A stretch of 64,000 nt of DNA, taken from Meyerozyma guilliermondii. Taxonomy: Eukaryota. The position numbers and the translations under genes are program-made. The notes under the pieces were generated by a model. The model made no database searches. It was not told the origin of the DNA and worked only from the letters and a program-made list of their open reading frames with translations. Numbering within the stretch: the first letter of the stretch is position 1; the number at the start of each line of letters is the position of its first letter. The stretch spans positions 372,001-436,000 of the forward strand of contig CP128817.1 in the NCBI GenBank assembly GCA_051546255.1, written 5' to 3'. This document shows, one piece after another, positions 37,986 to 49,059 of the stretch.

Positions 37986-39059
37986 CTAAGTACCCCATTT
38001 CTTGGGCTCCATGCCCTCTGGGGGACTAGTTTCAAACGTTTTCGCCTTGGCCTCGTCCCAGTTTGTAGTTAGCACCGTACCATTGGATTCCACGTAAGAC
38101 TTCATCATTGCTCTTCTACTATCGTCGTCGGTATTGGCGTACAACTGTGAAAAGAATTCTGATTCATTTTTTCCTTCTCCATCCTCTTCGTCCTCTAGTT
38201 TGAAACTGGCCCAATTGACAGCCTTCTTGCTAGATGTGGGGTATGAGAGAGGTCCCTCACTCGAATGCGACGCACTTGGTGTCGCAGCTTGGTCAGATGA
38301 TTCAAGATTGGGCCATTTTTGACTAGTAACTTTTTTCAAAGTGACTTCCAACTTGGTGCCGAAAACTCGGTAACTGCTTTCCAGAGTGATAATATCATCG
38401 AAAAGAGGTTCGATATTGTAGTTGTATTCCGACCCAGCTCCGGTAGGGAACGTTATAGATACTCCAGAAGATGAAAAGTTCACTTGAAGTTCTTGTTCCT
38501 TGATGTTCTTGGCAAAAATGGTTATCACCACGCTGTCACTTGTCTGGTACCAGTCATCTCTTATCTTTACCTTTAAGGGTGCGTGTTTGTTGATGGCATC
38601 GATACTTGTGGATGTCGATGTGGAGGATGTAGAGTTTTCTGGCAATTCAGAAGCGGTTGTGGTTGTAGTAGATTTGGTAGTAGATTTGTTATCTTTCGTT
38701 TCCACTTTTTGATCACTTTTCAGCCGCTTCATGTCATAGTCAATTTTCGTCTTCCACATTTCAAGAGTTGGCTCCTTGCAATTGTAATCAATAGCCGATT
38801 CGATCTCCTTCATTGCTTCAGTGTACTTCTTTTGTCCGTAAAGTACCAAACCAAGCTTGAAATGACACTTTCCAATTTCTTCTCGCCTTCCTCGTTGTCT
38901 TGCAATTTCCATGGCATCATTGAAATCCGCAATTGCTTCATCAAACTTCTTCTGCCGCTGATATATACTGGCCCGCTCAAGAAGTGCAGGAAATCTCCGT
39001 TCCCCCTTGTCTATAGCCACGGTTAGGCTGCTGATTTTCGTGGTCAAGTCCTCACTCAT
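37986..39059 (-). CDS. SGT1: Hsp90 co-chaperone Sgt1 (TPR-CS-SGS)
   Basis: KIRDDWYQT CS domain; RRAMMKSYVESNGTVLTTNW SGS domain; ATG at 39059. Confidence 0.95.
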   Translation of the reverse strand: MSEDLTTKISSLTVAIDKGERRFPALLERASIYQRQKKFDEAIADFNDAMEIARQRGRREEIGKCHFKLGLVLYGQKKYTEAMKEIESAIDYNCKEPTLEMWKTKIDYDMKRLKSDQKVETKDNKSTTKSTTTTTASELPENSTSSTSTSTSIDAINKHAPLKVKIRDDWYQTSDSVVITIFAKNIKEQELQVNFSSSGVSITFPTGAGSEYNYNIEPLFDDIITLESSYRVFGTKLEVTLKKVTSQKWPNLESSDQAATPSASHSSEGPLSYPTSSKKAVNWASFKLEDEEDGEGKNESEFFSQLYANTDDDSRRAMMKSYVESNGTVLTTNWDEAKAKTFETSPPEGMEPKKWGT

Positions 39060-39098
39060 GATTATCGTTCTTTGATTTTCGATCGCACTTTTTACTGT

Positions 39099-39147
39099 CC
39101 TGTAGGTTCCGTAGGTTCCTGTAAGTTCCTGTAAGTTCCTGTAGGTT
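39099..39147. repeat. 10-bp minisatellite GTARGTTCCT, about 5 copies
   Basis: cctgtaggttcc gtaggttcct gtaagttcct gtaagttcct gtaggtt, between the RRP15 stop and the SGT1 start. Confidence 0.9.
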
Positions 39148-39174
39148 TTACCATTAATATCTATGTTACAAAGT

Positions 39175-39906
39175 CTATGTATGACCCGCAGCCTGGACCA
39201 AGTCAAGAAACTGTTCCTTGCTCACTTCGTTAAGGAGTTCTTCTTTCCTTACTAAACCCACTTTCTCGCCTGATACTTCCTGAGTAGTCTTGATTTGTGT
39301 GGATAAAACGGCATTGAATAACCGAACTACACCACGCTGGGCCACTTTTTTCAACTTCTTTTCATCCTCAATCATACTTCGTACTTTTTCAGGTTCATTG
39401 GCACTGGGCAATAAGTTTTTCACCCGATGACTATCATGCAATGCTTTCTTTTCAGCAAGAAGCTGCTTCTTTGCTTTCGCCTCAAGCTTAGCCGAGTCGA
39501 GCTGCTTCTGTACATTCTTCGAACGAGCCATAATCGGGTCATTTCTTCTATGAGCTTTAAGTTTAGAGCCAATAATTGCGTTAAATGCATTGGCGAACTC
39601 TTGCGAACCATCGCCAGTTTTTCTCTTTTTCTTGGGCATTGCGTCGGAATCAGATTCTGAACCGGATTCTGCTTCGGATTCTGCTTCGGATTCTGCGTCG
39701 GATTCTGATTCAGACTCTGAGGCTTCTGACTCGCTGCCTGAGGCTTCGCTATCGTCTTCGTCTACGTCGTCTTCGTCGTCCAAATCATCACTCGGTGAGT
39801 CCTGAGCCACTTCTGGCTCCTTCTCAGCTTTCTTATTGTCTTTCTTGGGCTTCTGAGCCTTCACGGGCAATCGAATGCTCCCTTTTACTCCAGTCTTCTT
39901 CGCCAT
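39175..39906 (-). CDS. RRP15: 60S pre-rRNA processing protein Rrp15
   Basis: Acidic N-half; EKKLKKVAQRGVVRLFNAV and SKEQFLDLV motifs. Confidence 0.92.
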   Translation of the reverse strand: MAKKTGVKGSIRLPVKAQKPKKDNKKAEKEPEVAQDSPSDDLDDEDDVDEDDSEASGSESEASESESESDAESEAESEAESGSESDSDAMPKKKRKTGDGSQEFANAFNAIIGSKLKAHRRNDPIMARSKNVQKQLDSAKLEAKAKKQLLAEKKALHDSHRVKNLLPSANEPEKVRSMIEDEKKLKKVAQRGVVRLFNAVLSTQIKTTQEVSGEKVGLVRKEELLNEVSKEQFLDLVQAAGHT

Positions 39907-40046
39907 ATTTTACTAAATCTATCGCATCGCATCCCATCGCTTCATCTCCCCGGCTTATGTCAGCCGCGGTCTGCATGTTGCACTTATGTTTATGTTTGGA
40001 GTTTGATTCAGATCTTACACACACACCAAAGAAGGTTGAAACCGCC

Positions 40047-42134
40047 ATGGAGGCAAACAAGGAGAACGAAATTCCTTGCCTGGAATTTCTGAGGCGAGAA
40101 AGTGGGTCAGAAAAACGACTCTATCTGCATTCTTTTTCAACAAACTCAAAAATGGCTAAATCCTTGCGCCATTCATATTCGGTTAGTCCCGCTTCCGGCA
40201 CCCGGAATGGCGATAGTTACCTGCAAGGAATACTAGATAAGCTTCAGGTATCAATTGAACAGAAAAGTAATGAAATAGATCTGTTGGAGACGGCTATCAT
40301 GACACTTAAGACCCAGCGCGCCAACCAAGAGTTTGAGATATTTAAGGTTGAAGACAAGCAAGCCCATTTACAGAAGCAATTCGATGCTCTTGTGAGTCTG
40401 ATTGCTGAATTGGAGCACCATGAACGTGATTCATTGCAGGCGCTCAATAACAAATACCAGCTACAACGCAAACAGCATATTCATAAGCACGAGGAGAGTT
40501 TGACAGAATTGAAAGAGACAATTACACTGGAAATTGAAAAGGCATTTGATGAGAATTTGGGACGTCTTGTGGAGGAGATATCAACCCTAAAAAAACGAAA
40601 GTCTCAATTAGAGCAGGATACTGTTTTGCAGGATCAGGACTTAAACCGAAGGTTAATTAAGCTCAAAGAAGATCACAGCAAGAAACTCATTGGCTTGAAT
40701 CAAAGCCTCGATGAAAGCTTGATTATGCTAAAGAGTGCTATCGAACAGGTTTCGGAAGATAAGCGGACAAAAGAGCAGCAATTACAAGCTCTTCTGAGTA
40801 GCCGTCAATCCAACGAAATATCTGCCAATAATGAATGCCACAAAACACTTCACAACTTGAAATTAGAGTCAAGAATAAAGGAAGAAGAGCTTCTGGCACT
40901 TAAAGCGGGAATAGCGCTGCTGAACACAGAATTGCATGCCACTAACGAACTAGTGGCACAAATGAAAAGAGAGATAGACTCATATCGTGACAAGTCAGCC
41001 GACATTCATAGGCTGATGGAACACAAGGAAGAAATAAGAAGGAAGCTCCATAACAAACTTCAAGAGTTGAAAGGAAACATTCGAGTATTTTGCCGTGTTC
41101 GTCCCACATGTGGCGAGCTGAAGCCTCTCGCTAACATTGAAATTCCTGATCTCCTGTTGGACGATGACAGTCCAAACATGCTGATGATTATTCGCAAACC
41201 TGGAGATGAAAATTTTAGCAGCAATAGTGTTCCTTATCAATTTCTGTTTGATAAGATTTTCTCTCCCACGCTGTCTAATAGTGACGTTTTCAAAGAAATT
41301 AGCCAACTAGTACAGTCGTCATTGGATGGGTATAACGTATGTGTATTTGCATATGGCCAGACCGGTTCTGGTAAGACGTTCACTATGGCTCATGAGGCTG
41401 ATGGAATGATTCCACAATCATTAAAGAAGGTGTTTGAAGATATAAAGACTTTGGAATCCCAAGACTGGCAGTATGAACTTCATGGCCAATTCCTCGAGAT
41501 ATACAATGAGGCAATATTTGACTTGTTGTCGCCTACAAAAGTTTCTCGTTCACCCTCCGAGAATAATCCAAAAAAGTATGAGATCAAACATGATGATGTT
41601 AGCGGTACAACATCAGTAACAAACTTGACTTCGGTCTCGATCACAGGTGCTGATCACGCAATGAAGCTCTTGAGTTTAGCCAACAAGAACAGAAGCACGG
41701 CGTACACCAAGTCCAACGAACACTCATCAAGATCGCACTCAATCTTTATGCTTCAGTTACACGGTCGTAACATCAAGACCATGGAATCTCGATATGGTAC
41801 TTTGAATCTAGTTGACTTAGCAGGCTCTGAGCGACTCTCCAATTCTCAAGCCCAAGCAGAACGCCTCAAGGAAACACAAGCGATCAACAAATCACTCTCG
41901 AGTCTCGGTGACGTTATTAGTGCGCTCAAACTGAGTCAGAAAGGAAAGCCACTGCAACACATACCATATAGAAACTCGAAGCTAACTTACCTTCTCAAGA
42001 ACAGCCTTGGGGGAGACTGCAAAACCCTTATGTTTGTGAACATTTCACCGTTTGCTACAAACGTTAATGAAACGCTAAATTCATTAAGATTCGCATCAAA
42101 AGTGAACGCTACAAGCCAGCTGCGGAGTAAGTAG
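40047..42134 (+). CDS. KAR3: Kinesin-14 minus-end motor
   Basis: Coiled coil followed by a C-terminal motor: LKGNIRVFCRVRP, YGQTGSGKT, SSRSH, LVDLAGSE, HIPYRNSKLT. ATG 40047 (MEANKEN, contains a KEN box). Confidence 0.95.
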   Translation: MEANKENEIPCLEFLRRESGSEKRLYLHSFSTNSKMAKSLRHSYSVSPASGTRNGDSYLQGILDKLQVSIEQKSNEIDLLETAIMTLKTQRANQEFEIFKVEDKQAHLQKQFDALVSLIAELEHHERDSLQALNNKYQLQRKQHIHKHEESLTELKETITLEIEKAFDENLGRLVEEISTLKKRKSQLEQDTVLQDQDLNRRLIKLKEDHSKKLIGLNQSLDESLIMLKSAIEQVSEDKRTKEQQLQALLSSRQSNEISANNECHKTLHNLKLESRIKEEELLALKAGIALLNTELHATNELVAQMKREIDSYRDKSADIHRLMEHKEEIRRKLHNKLQELKGNIRVFCRVRPTCGELKPLANIEIPDLLLDDDSPNMLMIIRKPGDENFSSNSVPYQFLFDKIFSPTLSNSDVFKEISQLVQSSLDGYNVCVFAYGQTGSGKTFTMAHEADGMIPQSLKKVFEDIKTLESQDWQYELHGQFLEIYNEAIFDLLSPTKVSRSPSENNPKKYEIKHDDVSGTTSVTNLTSVSITGADHAMKLLSLANKNRSTAYTKSNEHSSRSHSIFMLQLHGRNIKTMESRYGTLNLVDLAGSERLSNSQAQAERLKETQAINKSLSSLGDVISALKLSQKGKPLQHIPYRNSKLTYLLKNSLGGDCKTLMFVNISPFATNVNETLNSLRFASKVNATSQLRSK

Positions 42135-42167
42135 TTTATGTATGATGGGTCTATATACAAGGGGCGT

Positions 42168-44822
42168 TCAATTCGTGTTACTCTCGGCGATCAAATTCTC
42201 GTTTGGGACGTAATTGGTAGCCGGTTTCAAAAGTCCTTTTTCAGCTAAAGATTCCAACTTATCAGGAAAGTTCTTTTGAGCCCATGACTTCACTTTTTCC
42301 TGCGCCGGGACCTCCAAGCAATAATTGTGCATAGCCAATAAGAGATCAGAGGAAAATTCGATATCGTAGTCTTCCATCTCTTTTAGTACTTCGAAAGCCT
42401 CATCTACTAGTCCATGGTAAACATGGGCTATGATATACTGCTTGAAGATTGCATAGTTTGGTAAAACTCCATAGAGTGATAAGTCGTTCCAGAATTTCTG
42501 AACATACATCATATCACTATACGTGAATGTCTTCAACATGATTTGCACCGTCTCTTCATTGATACCTCCAACTTGCTTAGGCACGGACGACATGGAGATG
42601 AACAAATCCCTTGCTTTGGGGACATCCTGGAGGTTGGAATAGGCATTAAGGATGCAATTTTGAAGCTCTATGTCCTGTTTAGGGATGTCCTGGTCGATTT
42701 TGAGATACTCGTGAATTTCATGAACTCCTTCTTCGTACAACTTATTACCGAAATCTTTGAAAAGATAGAGGTACATATCTCTCAGAGGTGGCAAGTGACG
42801 CATTGATCCATGGAGCTCACTCAACTTCTTTAGCTGTCTGAAAATAATTAACGAAGCATTTGATCTGTCATGCTCACAGAAAAATTTCATAGCCGGGAGG
42901 TAGGAATCGTAAGGAACAGAGAAATACTTATGGAGTTCCCCATAGAGAACCCAGTTAGTCTCATGTGTCTCCTCGCTATTGTAAGTTATAACGAAATTGT
43001 GGAGTAGGTCAAAAAGCTCTCTGTATTTCACAAATGCCGGACCTGATGTGGGAAGCTTGATGAGATCGTCTCTCTTTATGGAAGGAAGCTCTTGTTTCAA
43101 CATCTCGATAAGGTCTCCAACGTATTCAGCATCAAGCATCTTTTCTGCTAGGGCCTTAACCGCATACACGTTTATCGAATGACTTACCATTTGTTGCTTG
43201 ATCCTGCGAAATAATGGAAAGATTTCATCAACGCCTGAAAGATTGGTGCACAATAATACTATCAATTGATTCAAAGTTGATAAAGCTCTGGCATCAGATT
43301 CAGTCTCCCATTGTGTGAAATTTTTAATGCTTTCGTCAAAAATTTTCATGGCCATTTCGTGATTTCCTGGGCGAATTTCCTTGTCTAGACGAAACTTGTA
43401 AATAAGTACGCTCGGCTCAATGGCGTGCTCTTCTCTGAAGTATTGGTTGATTTTTTGAGCAAACGAATCGGTGCTGGATTCGCATGTAGTGTACAAGAAG
43501 ACAATCTTTTCGTATAACTTGATGAGATCTTCTGGCTGCAAGGACTGATCCCGTAAAATCTGGTCAATATCTTGGATAATGGTTTCATTCAATTCGTTGT
43601 TGTCGAAGAGTAATTGGAGCTTTGCTATCAGCCTTAATTGGATCGAAAACTTGATATCATCGTTAATGATAAATTTGCACAAGTCGGTTCCACTGCTTCC
43701 ATATGTACCTCTTCCATACCAAAGCAAATCGAGAAGACCTTGAGCAAGAGACTCTTCTTCGAGACCTTCCTTAAAGACCGCATCTTTAATCTTGTCTGTA
43801 ACATTTCCCTCCTCACTCAAAAGCTCTTTAACAGATACCAAAACCTTATCAAAGTCTTTACGAGGATTTATAGATTGAAGGTTCCATGCATGCTGAAGTA
43901 ACTTGATAGTGGTTGCTGGTGAGATTTGAGCAACGTGCAAGGATTCAAGAAGCTGTTCGTGCAAGAAAATTTGAGTGCGATCAATGTCTCTTTCGATATT
44001 TTGGTATTCGTATGGTTTGGGTGGATTTTTATCGAACAAAGAATCGATATAATTCATGTACAGCAAATAAAACGAGTCATTGAGAAGTGTGAATGTGCCC
44101 AGATTCTCTGATGCTTTAATTATAGCCTCAAAGGTCAGTATGGTCAATCTCCCTTTCTCTAGTTCCAAGTTCAAAAGGCTTTCTGTGAATCTGGAATTGA
44201 ATACCTTCTTCTTTTTCGTCATAAGATAGGTCAAAGTAGACTGTAAATTACCACCGGCTAAGTTCAAGGCCATGGATATAATTTGAAGAAGTATCTCCTC
44301 TGGTATTGTTTCCGATTGTTCTGATACATAATACTCGGCGATCTTGGCCATTGATTCAAACTGAGTGCCTTCAACCTTGCTCATTCGAACGTAAAATTTA
44401 GAAAGATCCTCACTGGTTAACATGTTGGATACGTTTCGGTTGTTAAGGTAGAATAGTTGCATAAACGCTTGATCTGCGGTTTTGGAAACGCCTTCTGTCG
44501 TGAAGGACGAAGCTAGGGTAAGAAGCTGAGAAAGCTTGGAAGATAAAATACCCTGTCGAAGTTTCCCAGGTACCTCACGAGTCTTGGAGTAATGTCGTAA
44601 CTCTTCTAGCAATTGCACCACCTCTACACGTTCTTGATTTGTTTCTTCTTGTATGATTTCAGGCGAATTTTGTGATTTTGTGTTGAACCTACTAAGAGGA
44701 TTAGTCCATATTTTATGTCGATTGAAAACAATGGAAGGCCCCAATAGAGTACCAGAATACACCGGACGTATTAGAATGGACGGTGAGATCCTCCATGGTA
44801 TTCGTGGTATATTCCTTATCAT
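42168..44822 (-). CDS. Mitochondrial helical-repeat (PPR-like) protein
   Basis: Arg-rich presequence; about 35-aa PPR-like repeats near the C-terminus (LQNCILNAYSNLQDVPKARDLFISM; IFKQYIIAHVYHGLVDEAFEVLKEM). Confidence 0.75.
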   Translation of the reverse strand: MIRNIPRIPWRISPSILIRPVYSGTLLGPSIVFNRHKIWTNPLSRFNTKSQNSPEIIQEETNQERVEVVQLLEELRHYSKTREVPGKLRQGILSSKLSQLLTLASSFTTEGVSKTADQAFMQLFYLNNRNVSNMLTSEDLSKFYVRMSKVEGTQFESMAKIAEYYVSEQSETIPEEILLQIISMALNLAGGNLQSTLTYLMTKKKKVFNSRFTESLLNLELEKGRLTILTFEAIIKASENLGTFTLLNDSFYLLYMNYIDSLFDKNPPKPYEYQNIERDIDRTQIFLHEQLLESLHVAQISPATTIKLLQHAWNLQSINPRKDFDKVLVSVKELLSEEGNVTDKIKDAVFKEGLEEESLAQGLLDLLWYGRGTYGSSGTDLCKFIINDDIKFSIQLRLIAKLQLLFDNNELNETIIQDIDQILRDQSLQPEDLIKLYEKIVFLYTTCESSTDSFAQKINQYFREEHAIEPSVLIYKFRLDKEIRPGNHEMAMKIFDESIKNFTQWETESDARALSTLNQLIVLLCTNLSGVDEIFPLFRRIKQQMVSHSINVYAVKALAEKMLDAEYVGDLIEMLKQELPSIKRDDLIKLPTSGPAFVKYRELFDLLHNFVITYNSEETHETNWVLYGELHKYFSVPYDSYLPAMKFFCEHDRSNASLIIFRQLKKLSELHGSMRHLPPLRDMYLYLFKDFGNKLYEEGVHEIHEYLKIDQDIPKQDIELQNCILNAYSNLQDVPKARDLFISMSSVPKQVGGINEETVQIMLKTFTYSDMMYVQKFWNDLSLYGVLPNYAIFKQYIIAHVYHGLVDEAFEVLKEMEDYDIEFSSDLLLAMHNYCLEVPAQEKVKSWAQKNFPDKLESLAEKGLLKPATNYVPNENLIAESNTN

Positions 44823-45014
44823 GGAGGCTGAAGGACTTTAGATTTGTTGCAAATTATGGACGATGAGGAAATTCGCCCAGTGCACCATGGCTGCAAGAAG
44901 CTGCAGCAGCGAGGAGTCGTGGACTAAATAGAGATAGTGAGGATGGTAAGGAGTGTAGTTCACTAATATGACTGCCTATTAATCTCTACTATATACATGT
45001 AAAATTACCAAGGC

Positions 45015-46223
45015 TCAATCCTCGCTAAATTCCGGCAAATGTTTCTGCAACCGTTTAATAGCCCAATTCTTACCGATGAATTTGACATCCGGGTCACTAG
45101 CACCTTCTGTCAAAGTGTAGCGTTTCCAAAACTCTGGATCCTTAAAACGAGGGTCTTCTTCACGGAACTTGCCCACTTGGGTGCGAATACCAGCTACAGC
45201 TTCACGCAAATCGGCAGCAATACGAGACCTCAATTCGAGCACTTTGCTTCCATTACGCAACTCGTCGTTCAAGTCTTCAGGATGCTTGGGGTCGATATAC
45301 TTGGCGCATAGACGGCGCCATTGTTCTCTGTATTCTTCGATCTGTTCATCGGGCAATGCGTCGCCAATATGAATATGGACCTCCGATCCTACATTCGAGG
45401 GAAGCCATCTGTTGATACCCTTGTCGGCTGAGTCTTCTGGTGCTATTTTTTCGAAGCCATAGGAGAAAATTGGAACAACTATTGGAGATGCAGTTGCCTC
45501 GAGAATGAGTCTAGAAACACCCCATTTGAAGTAACGCATTGAGTTTTCGTGAGGAAATTCTAACTGTAGCACGAATCCCTCGGGAAATACGTGGAACCAC
45601 GACGTCTTTTTGCGGATAAATGGCGACAGGGACATGAGGATGTTAGCTCCTGATTTCTTGTGAGCAACAAGGTCTGATGATTCTTTCCATGAAGGCGAAC
45701 TAGCACGCTGAATTAGAAGAGGTTTTTCAACGTCTTTTACTAGCGGCAGAAACTCCAAGTCTAAAGTATCATCGGGGCTCATTATTCGAATAGCAGCGTC
45801 GAGTGAAGGTTGAAATGGACCGAATCCAAACCGTTTTGTGCCCAAGATTTTGCCCAAATTGAAGAACCACGATAATGCCGTGTTGGAAAAGCATATATTG
45901 TGTGCACCAAAACCCCATCTTATGGTATCAATATCGGTATGGAATCGCCACGGAAGAGCTGCGTAGAAAGTAGGATCGTCCACTACACTCATATGATTCA
46001 TCACCGTCAAAAGCGACCTATTTTCTCGGCGGGCGCGCTCCAATGCCTCGTCAAGCTTCTCTACGCCATGAAGGTATGGCTTATACAAAGTATTAAGAGC
46101 GATCTTTGTTCCTGAGATCATCATCAAACAGGTTGCATGTGAAGCGTAGTTCCAAAAGGTTGACGACCGGGGCATCTCTTTGAGAAAGTCATCGCCCCGC
46201 CTGAGAACATCTGGAAACGACAT
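45015..46223 (-). CDS. TAZ1: Tafazzin, cardiolipin transacylase
   Basis: NHMSVVDDP (HX4D), HVFPEGFVLQ and MRYFKWGVSRLILE. Confidence 0.95.
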   Translation of the reverse strand: MSFPDVLRRGDDFLKEMPRSSTFWNYASHATCLMMISGTKIALNTLYKPYLHGVEKLDEALERARRENRSLLTVMNHMSVVDDPTFYAALPWRFHTDIDTIRWGFGAHNICFSNTALSWFFNLGKILGTKRFGFGPFQPSLDAAIRIMSPDDTLDLEFLPLVKDVEKPLLIQRASSPSWKESSDLVAHKKSGANILMSLSPFIRKKTSWFHVFPEGFVLQLEFPHENSMRYFKWGVSRLILEATASPIVVPIFSYGFEKIAPEDSADKGINRWLPSNVGSEVHIHIGDALPDEQIEEYREQWRRLCAKYIDPKHPEDLNDELRNGSKVLELRSRIAADLREAVAGIRTQVGKFREEDPRFKDPEFWKRYTLTEGASDPDVKFIGKNWAIKRLQKHLPEFSED

Positions 46224-46653
46224 GTTGGGGTTAGTTGATTCAGCCGTGCAAAATGGTTACTTTCAATGAATCAAGAACAGAGTACGAGCATCGGCGCGGC
46301 TGTGATGTGCGGGTGCGATGTTGGGGAACCACGTTTACAGATATAAAAGACACCAAATTTGGCGTGAGGAGATGAGAAATTGAGATATTGGACAAGCTGA
46401 AGTCAAATGAATTGGTTTATGGTTATCTTTGGCTTAATATTATAAGTATTGATTATGTGATTTTGTAGTTTGCCAGTATAGATCGTCCAATTAAAAAGGT
46501 GATGGCGATCATAAACTGAAATGTAATAAGGAGGAGAATACCAGTCAGGCCGTGAATTTGGGATTTGAAGCAAACAATCCGAAAATTAGTACCTAAACCC
46601 ACCCTATTGAAAAGGCTCTATCACCTTTCCACCTCTTTCCTGCATATCACCAG

Positions 46654-46682
46654 GCTCATCTCAAAAAAATTCATCTCATCGC
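46654..46682 (+). promoter_or_regulatory. Two PAC elements flanking an RRPE-like A-tract upstream of NOP7
   Basis: GCTCATC (46654), AAAAAAATTCA and CTCATCGC (46675) within 45 bp of ATG 46697. Confidence 0.7.
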
Positions 46683-46696
46683 AGATAATCTACACT

Positions 46697-48454
46697 ATGA
46701 GGATCAAGAAGAAGGGGACTTCCGGTAACGCCAAGAACTTCATCACCAGGACACAAGCTGTTAAGAAGCTCCAGGTCTCGTTGGCTGATTTCCGTCGGCT
46801 CTGTATATTCAAAGGTATATATCCGCGGGAACCGCGTAATAAGAAAAAGGCAAATAAAGGCTCCACCGCTCCAGTAACGTTTTATTATGCTAAGGATATC
46901 CAATATTTGCTCCACGAGCCTGTTTTGCAAAAGTTTAGAGAGCACAAGACATTTGCCAAAAAGTTACAGCGTGCTTTGGGCCGTGGAGAGGTTAGTGATG
47001 CCGCTCGTTTAGAGTCGAATAGACCAAAGTACTCGTTGGACCATGTCATCAAGGAGAGATATCCAACATTTTTGGATGCGTTGAGAGACCTCGATGATCC
47101 TCTCAATATGTTATTTCTCTTTGCCAATATGCCTGCTACCGATAAAGTGAGCCATAGGATCACCAAAGATGCTGAAAAATTATGCAACCAATGGCTTGCC
47201 TACGTTGCGAAGGAAAGATTGATCAAGAAGGTTTTCGTTTCTATCAAGGGTGTTTACTACCAAGCCAATGTTATGGGCCAGGAGGTGAGATGGTTGGTAC
47301 CTTACAAGTTTCCCACCAATATCCCTTCAGACGTTGATTTCAGAATCATGATGACGTTTTTGGAATTTTATTCCACCTTGTTGCATTTTGTGTTGTACAA
47401 GTTGTACAACAATGCAAACTTGATTTACCCTCCAACTATCGATATCGAGAAACTCAAGGGTATTGGTGGCTTGTCGGCCTACATTCTTCAGACTAAAGAC
47501 AGTGTCAATCCGTTAATACCAAAGACAAAAGCCGCCCAAACTGACGCTGCCGGAACAAAACTTGACGACAAGGAGATTTCCAAGGCCATTGAGGCAGACC
47601 AGAAAGATGATGACGAAGATGTGGAACCTGGTGTCGATGAAGTTGAGTTAGATGAATTCTCCGCTACCAACAAGACCACTGGAGACTTGTTGAGCCAGCC
47701 TTCCCAATACGCCAGTCCAACATCCACGTTATTTTCCAAGTTTGTCTTTTATGTTGGTCGTGAAGTTCCATTAGATATTCTTGAGTTTTGTATATTATCG
47801 TGTGGTGGATCTTTGGTTTCTGAGATAGCCATGGATGATTTGAAAATCAACCATCCTGAAGCATACAAAAACTTGGACTTGAGTACCATCACCCACCAAA
47901 TCGTCGACAGACCAAAGGTTGCATCGAAGGTGGCTGGAAGAACTTATATTCAACCTCAATGGATTTTCGATTCGTTGAACCAAGGAAGCTTACTTCCCGT
48001 CAATCTGTATGCACCAGGTGAGACACTTCCACCACACTTGTCACCATGGGGAGACGCTGCTGGGTATGATCCTGAAAGCAAGAAGACCGAGGAAGGTGAG
48101 CAAGAAGACGAGGAAGAAGAAGAAGAGGAAGTGGAAGTTGAGGAAGAAGATGAGAACCAAGAGGAACCTGAAGAAGAAGACGAAGATGTCAAAGAACAGA
48201 GAGAATTGGAGATGGAGGCATCTGGTGTGAAATTCTCCGATACTGTGGAAGACAAGAAGAAGAAGCCATCTAAGAAGAGAAGTGCCGAAGAAGAAGAGAA
48301 GGACCTTAAGAAGATCATGATGACCAACAAGCAGCGTAAATTGTATAACAAGATGCAATATGGTATCAACAAGAAGGAGACCAGACAAGACGAGTTGGCC
48401 AAGAAGAGAAGAAAGATTGACAAGAAGAAGGCCGAGTTGCAGAAGCTTAATTAA
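46697..48454 (+). CDS. NOP7: Pescadillo homolog (PeBoW complex)
   Basis: [50 protein letters not shown] domain; acidic tail. Confidence 0.97.
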   Translation: MRIKKKGTSGNAKNFITRTQAVKKLQVSLADFRRLCIFKGIYPREPRNKKKANKGSTAPVTFYYAKDIQYLLHEPVLQKFREHKTFAKKLQRALGRGEVSDAARLESNRPKYSLDHVIKERYPTFLDALRDLDDPLNMLFLFANMPATDKVSHRITKDAEKLCNQWLAYVAKERLIKKVFVSIKGVYYQANVMGQEVRWLVPYKFPTNIPSDVDFRIMMTFLEFYSTLLHFVLYKLYNNANLIYPPTIDIEKLKGIGGLSAYILQTKDSVNPLIPKTKAAQTDAAGTKLDDKEISKAIEADQKDDDEDVEPGVDEVELDEFSATNKTTGDLLSQPSQYASPTSTLFSKFVFYVGREVPLDILEFCILSCGGSLVSEIAMDDLKINHPEAYKNLDLSTITHQIVDRPKVASKVAGRTYIQPQWIFDSLNQGSLLPVNLYAPGETLPPHLSPWGDAAGYDPESKKTEEGEQEDEEEEEEEVEVEEEDENQEEPEEEDEDVKEQRELEMEASGVKFSDTVEDKKKKPSKKRSAEEEEKDLKKIMMTNKQRKLYNKMQYGINKKETRQDELAKKRRKIDKKKAELQKLN

Positions 48455-48605
48455 ATGCATAGAACTACGTAGATAAAGAGTTTAGTTCAAGTACCAAATT
48501 TAAATTTCACAAAACTTTTCTTAAATTTCACGAAAATTACAAAATCTCAAATTTCTCCAAGTTTACTAAATTCACAATCACAAATCTTCAAATCATTTCT
48601 CAAAT

Positions 48606-49055
48606 ATGTCAATAACTAGAAGCCTATCGAAACCGGCAATACGGGACTTACTTAACAAGCCATCGTGGTCTATAACAAGTCTATTACACAATCCCGCTGG
48701 TATAGAAACTCCAAAGATAGATGAAGCGGTAGTCAAAAAAATGCTCCGAATTTCTGGGCTCCAGAGTACAATTTCCAAGGAAGAAACTACAAAGATAAAG
48801 AAGGCATTGGAGACGCAAATGGTTTTTATCAACCATTTATATGAAGATGACAATGTTGCCAATAATAATTCTACGAATAATGACCATTTCAGACTTTTGC
48901 CTGGCGACCATAGGCAGCAAGAACCACTCAATTTGCAACAGATAGAAGAAAGTATCAGCTCTCTAAAACCATCGGCCGAGAAGGGAGAAATAGGGAACTT
49001 TACAATTGGAAAATTACGAAATAGTCCATTTTTCGTGGTTAAAGCTAGACAGTAG
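48606..49055 (+). CDS. GTF1: Mitochondrial Glu-tRNA(Gln) amidotransferase subunit F (GatF)
   Basis: [23 protein letters not shown] and KPSAEKGE motifs; neighbour of NOP7 as in S. cerevisiae. Confidence 0.78.
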
Positions 49056-49059
49056 TAAC

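Noticed and set aside
39585..40046. 154-codon N-terminal extension of KAR3 in the ORF track
   Set aside because: Overlaps RRP15 antisense repeats; ATG 40047 is the plausible start.
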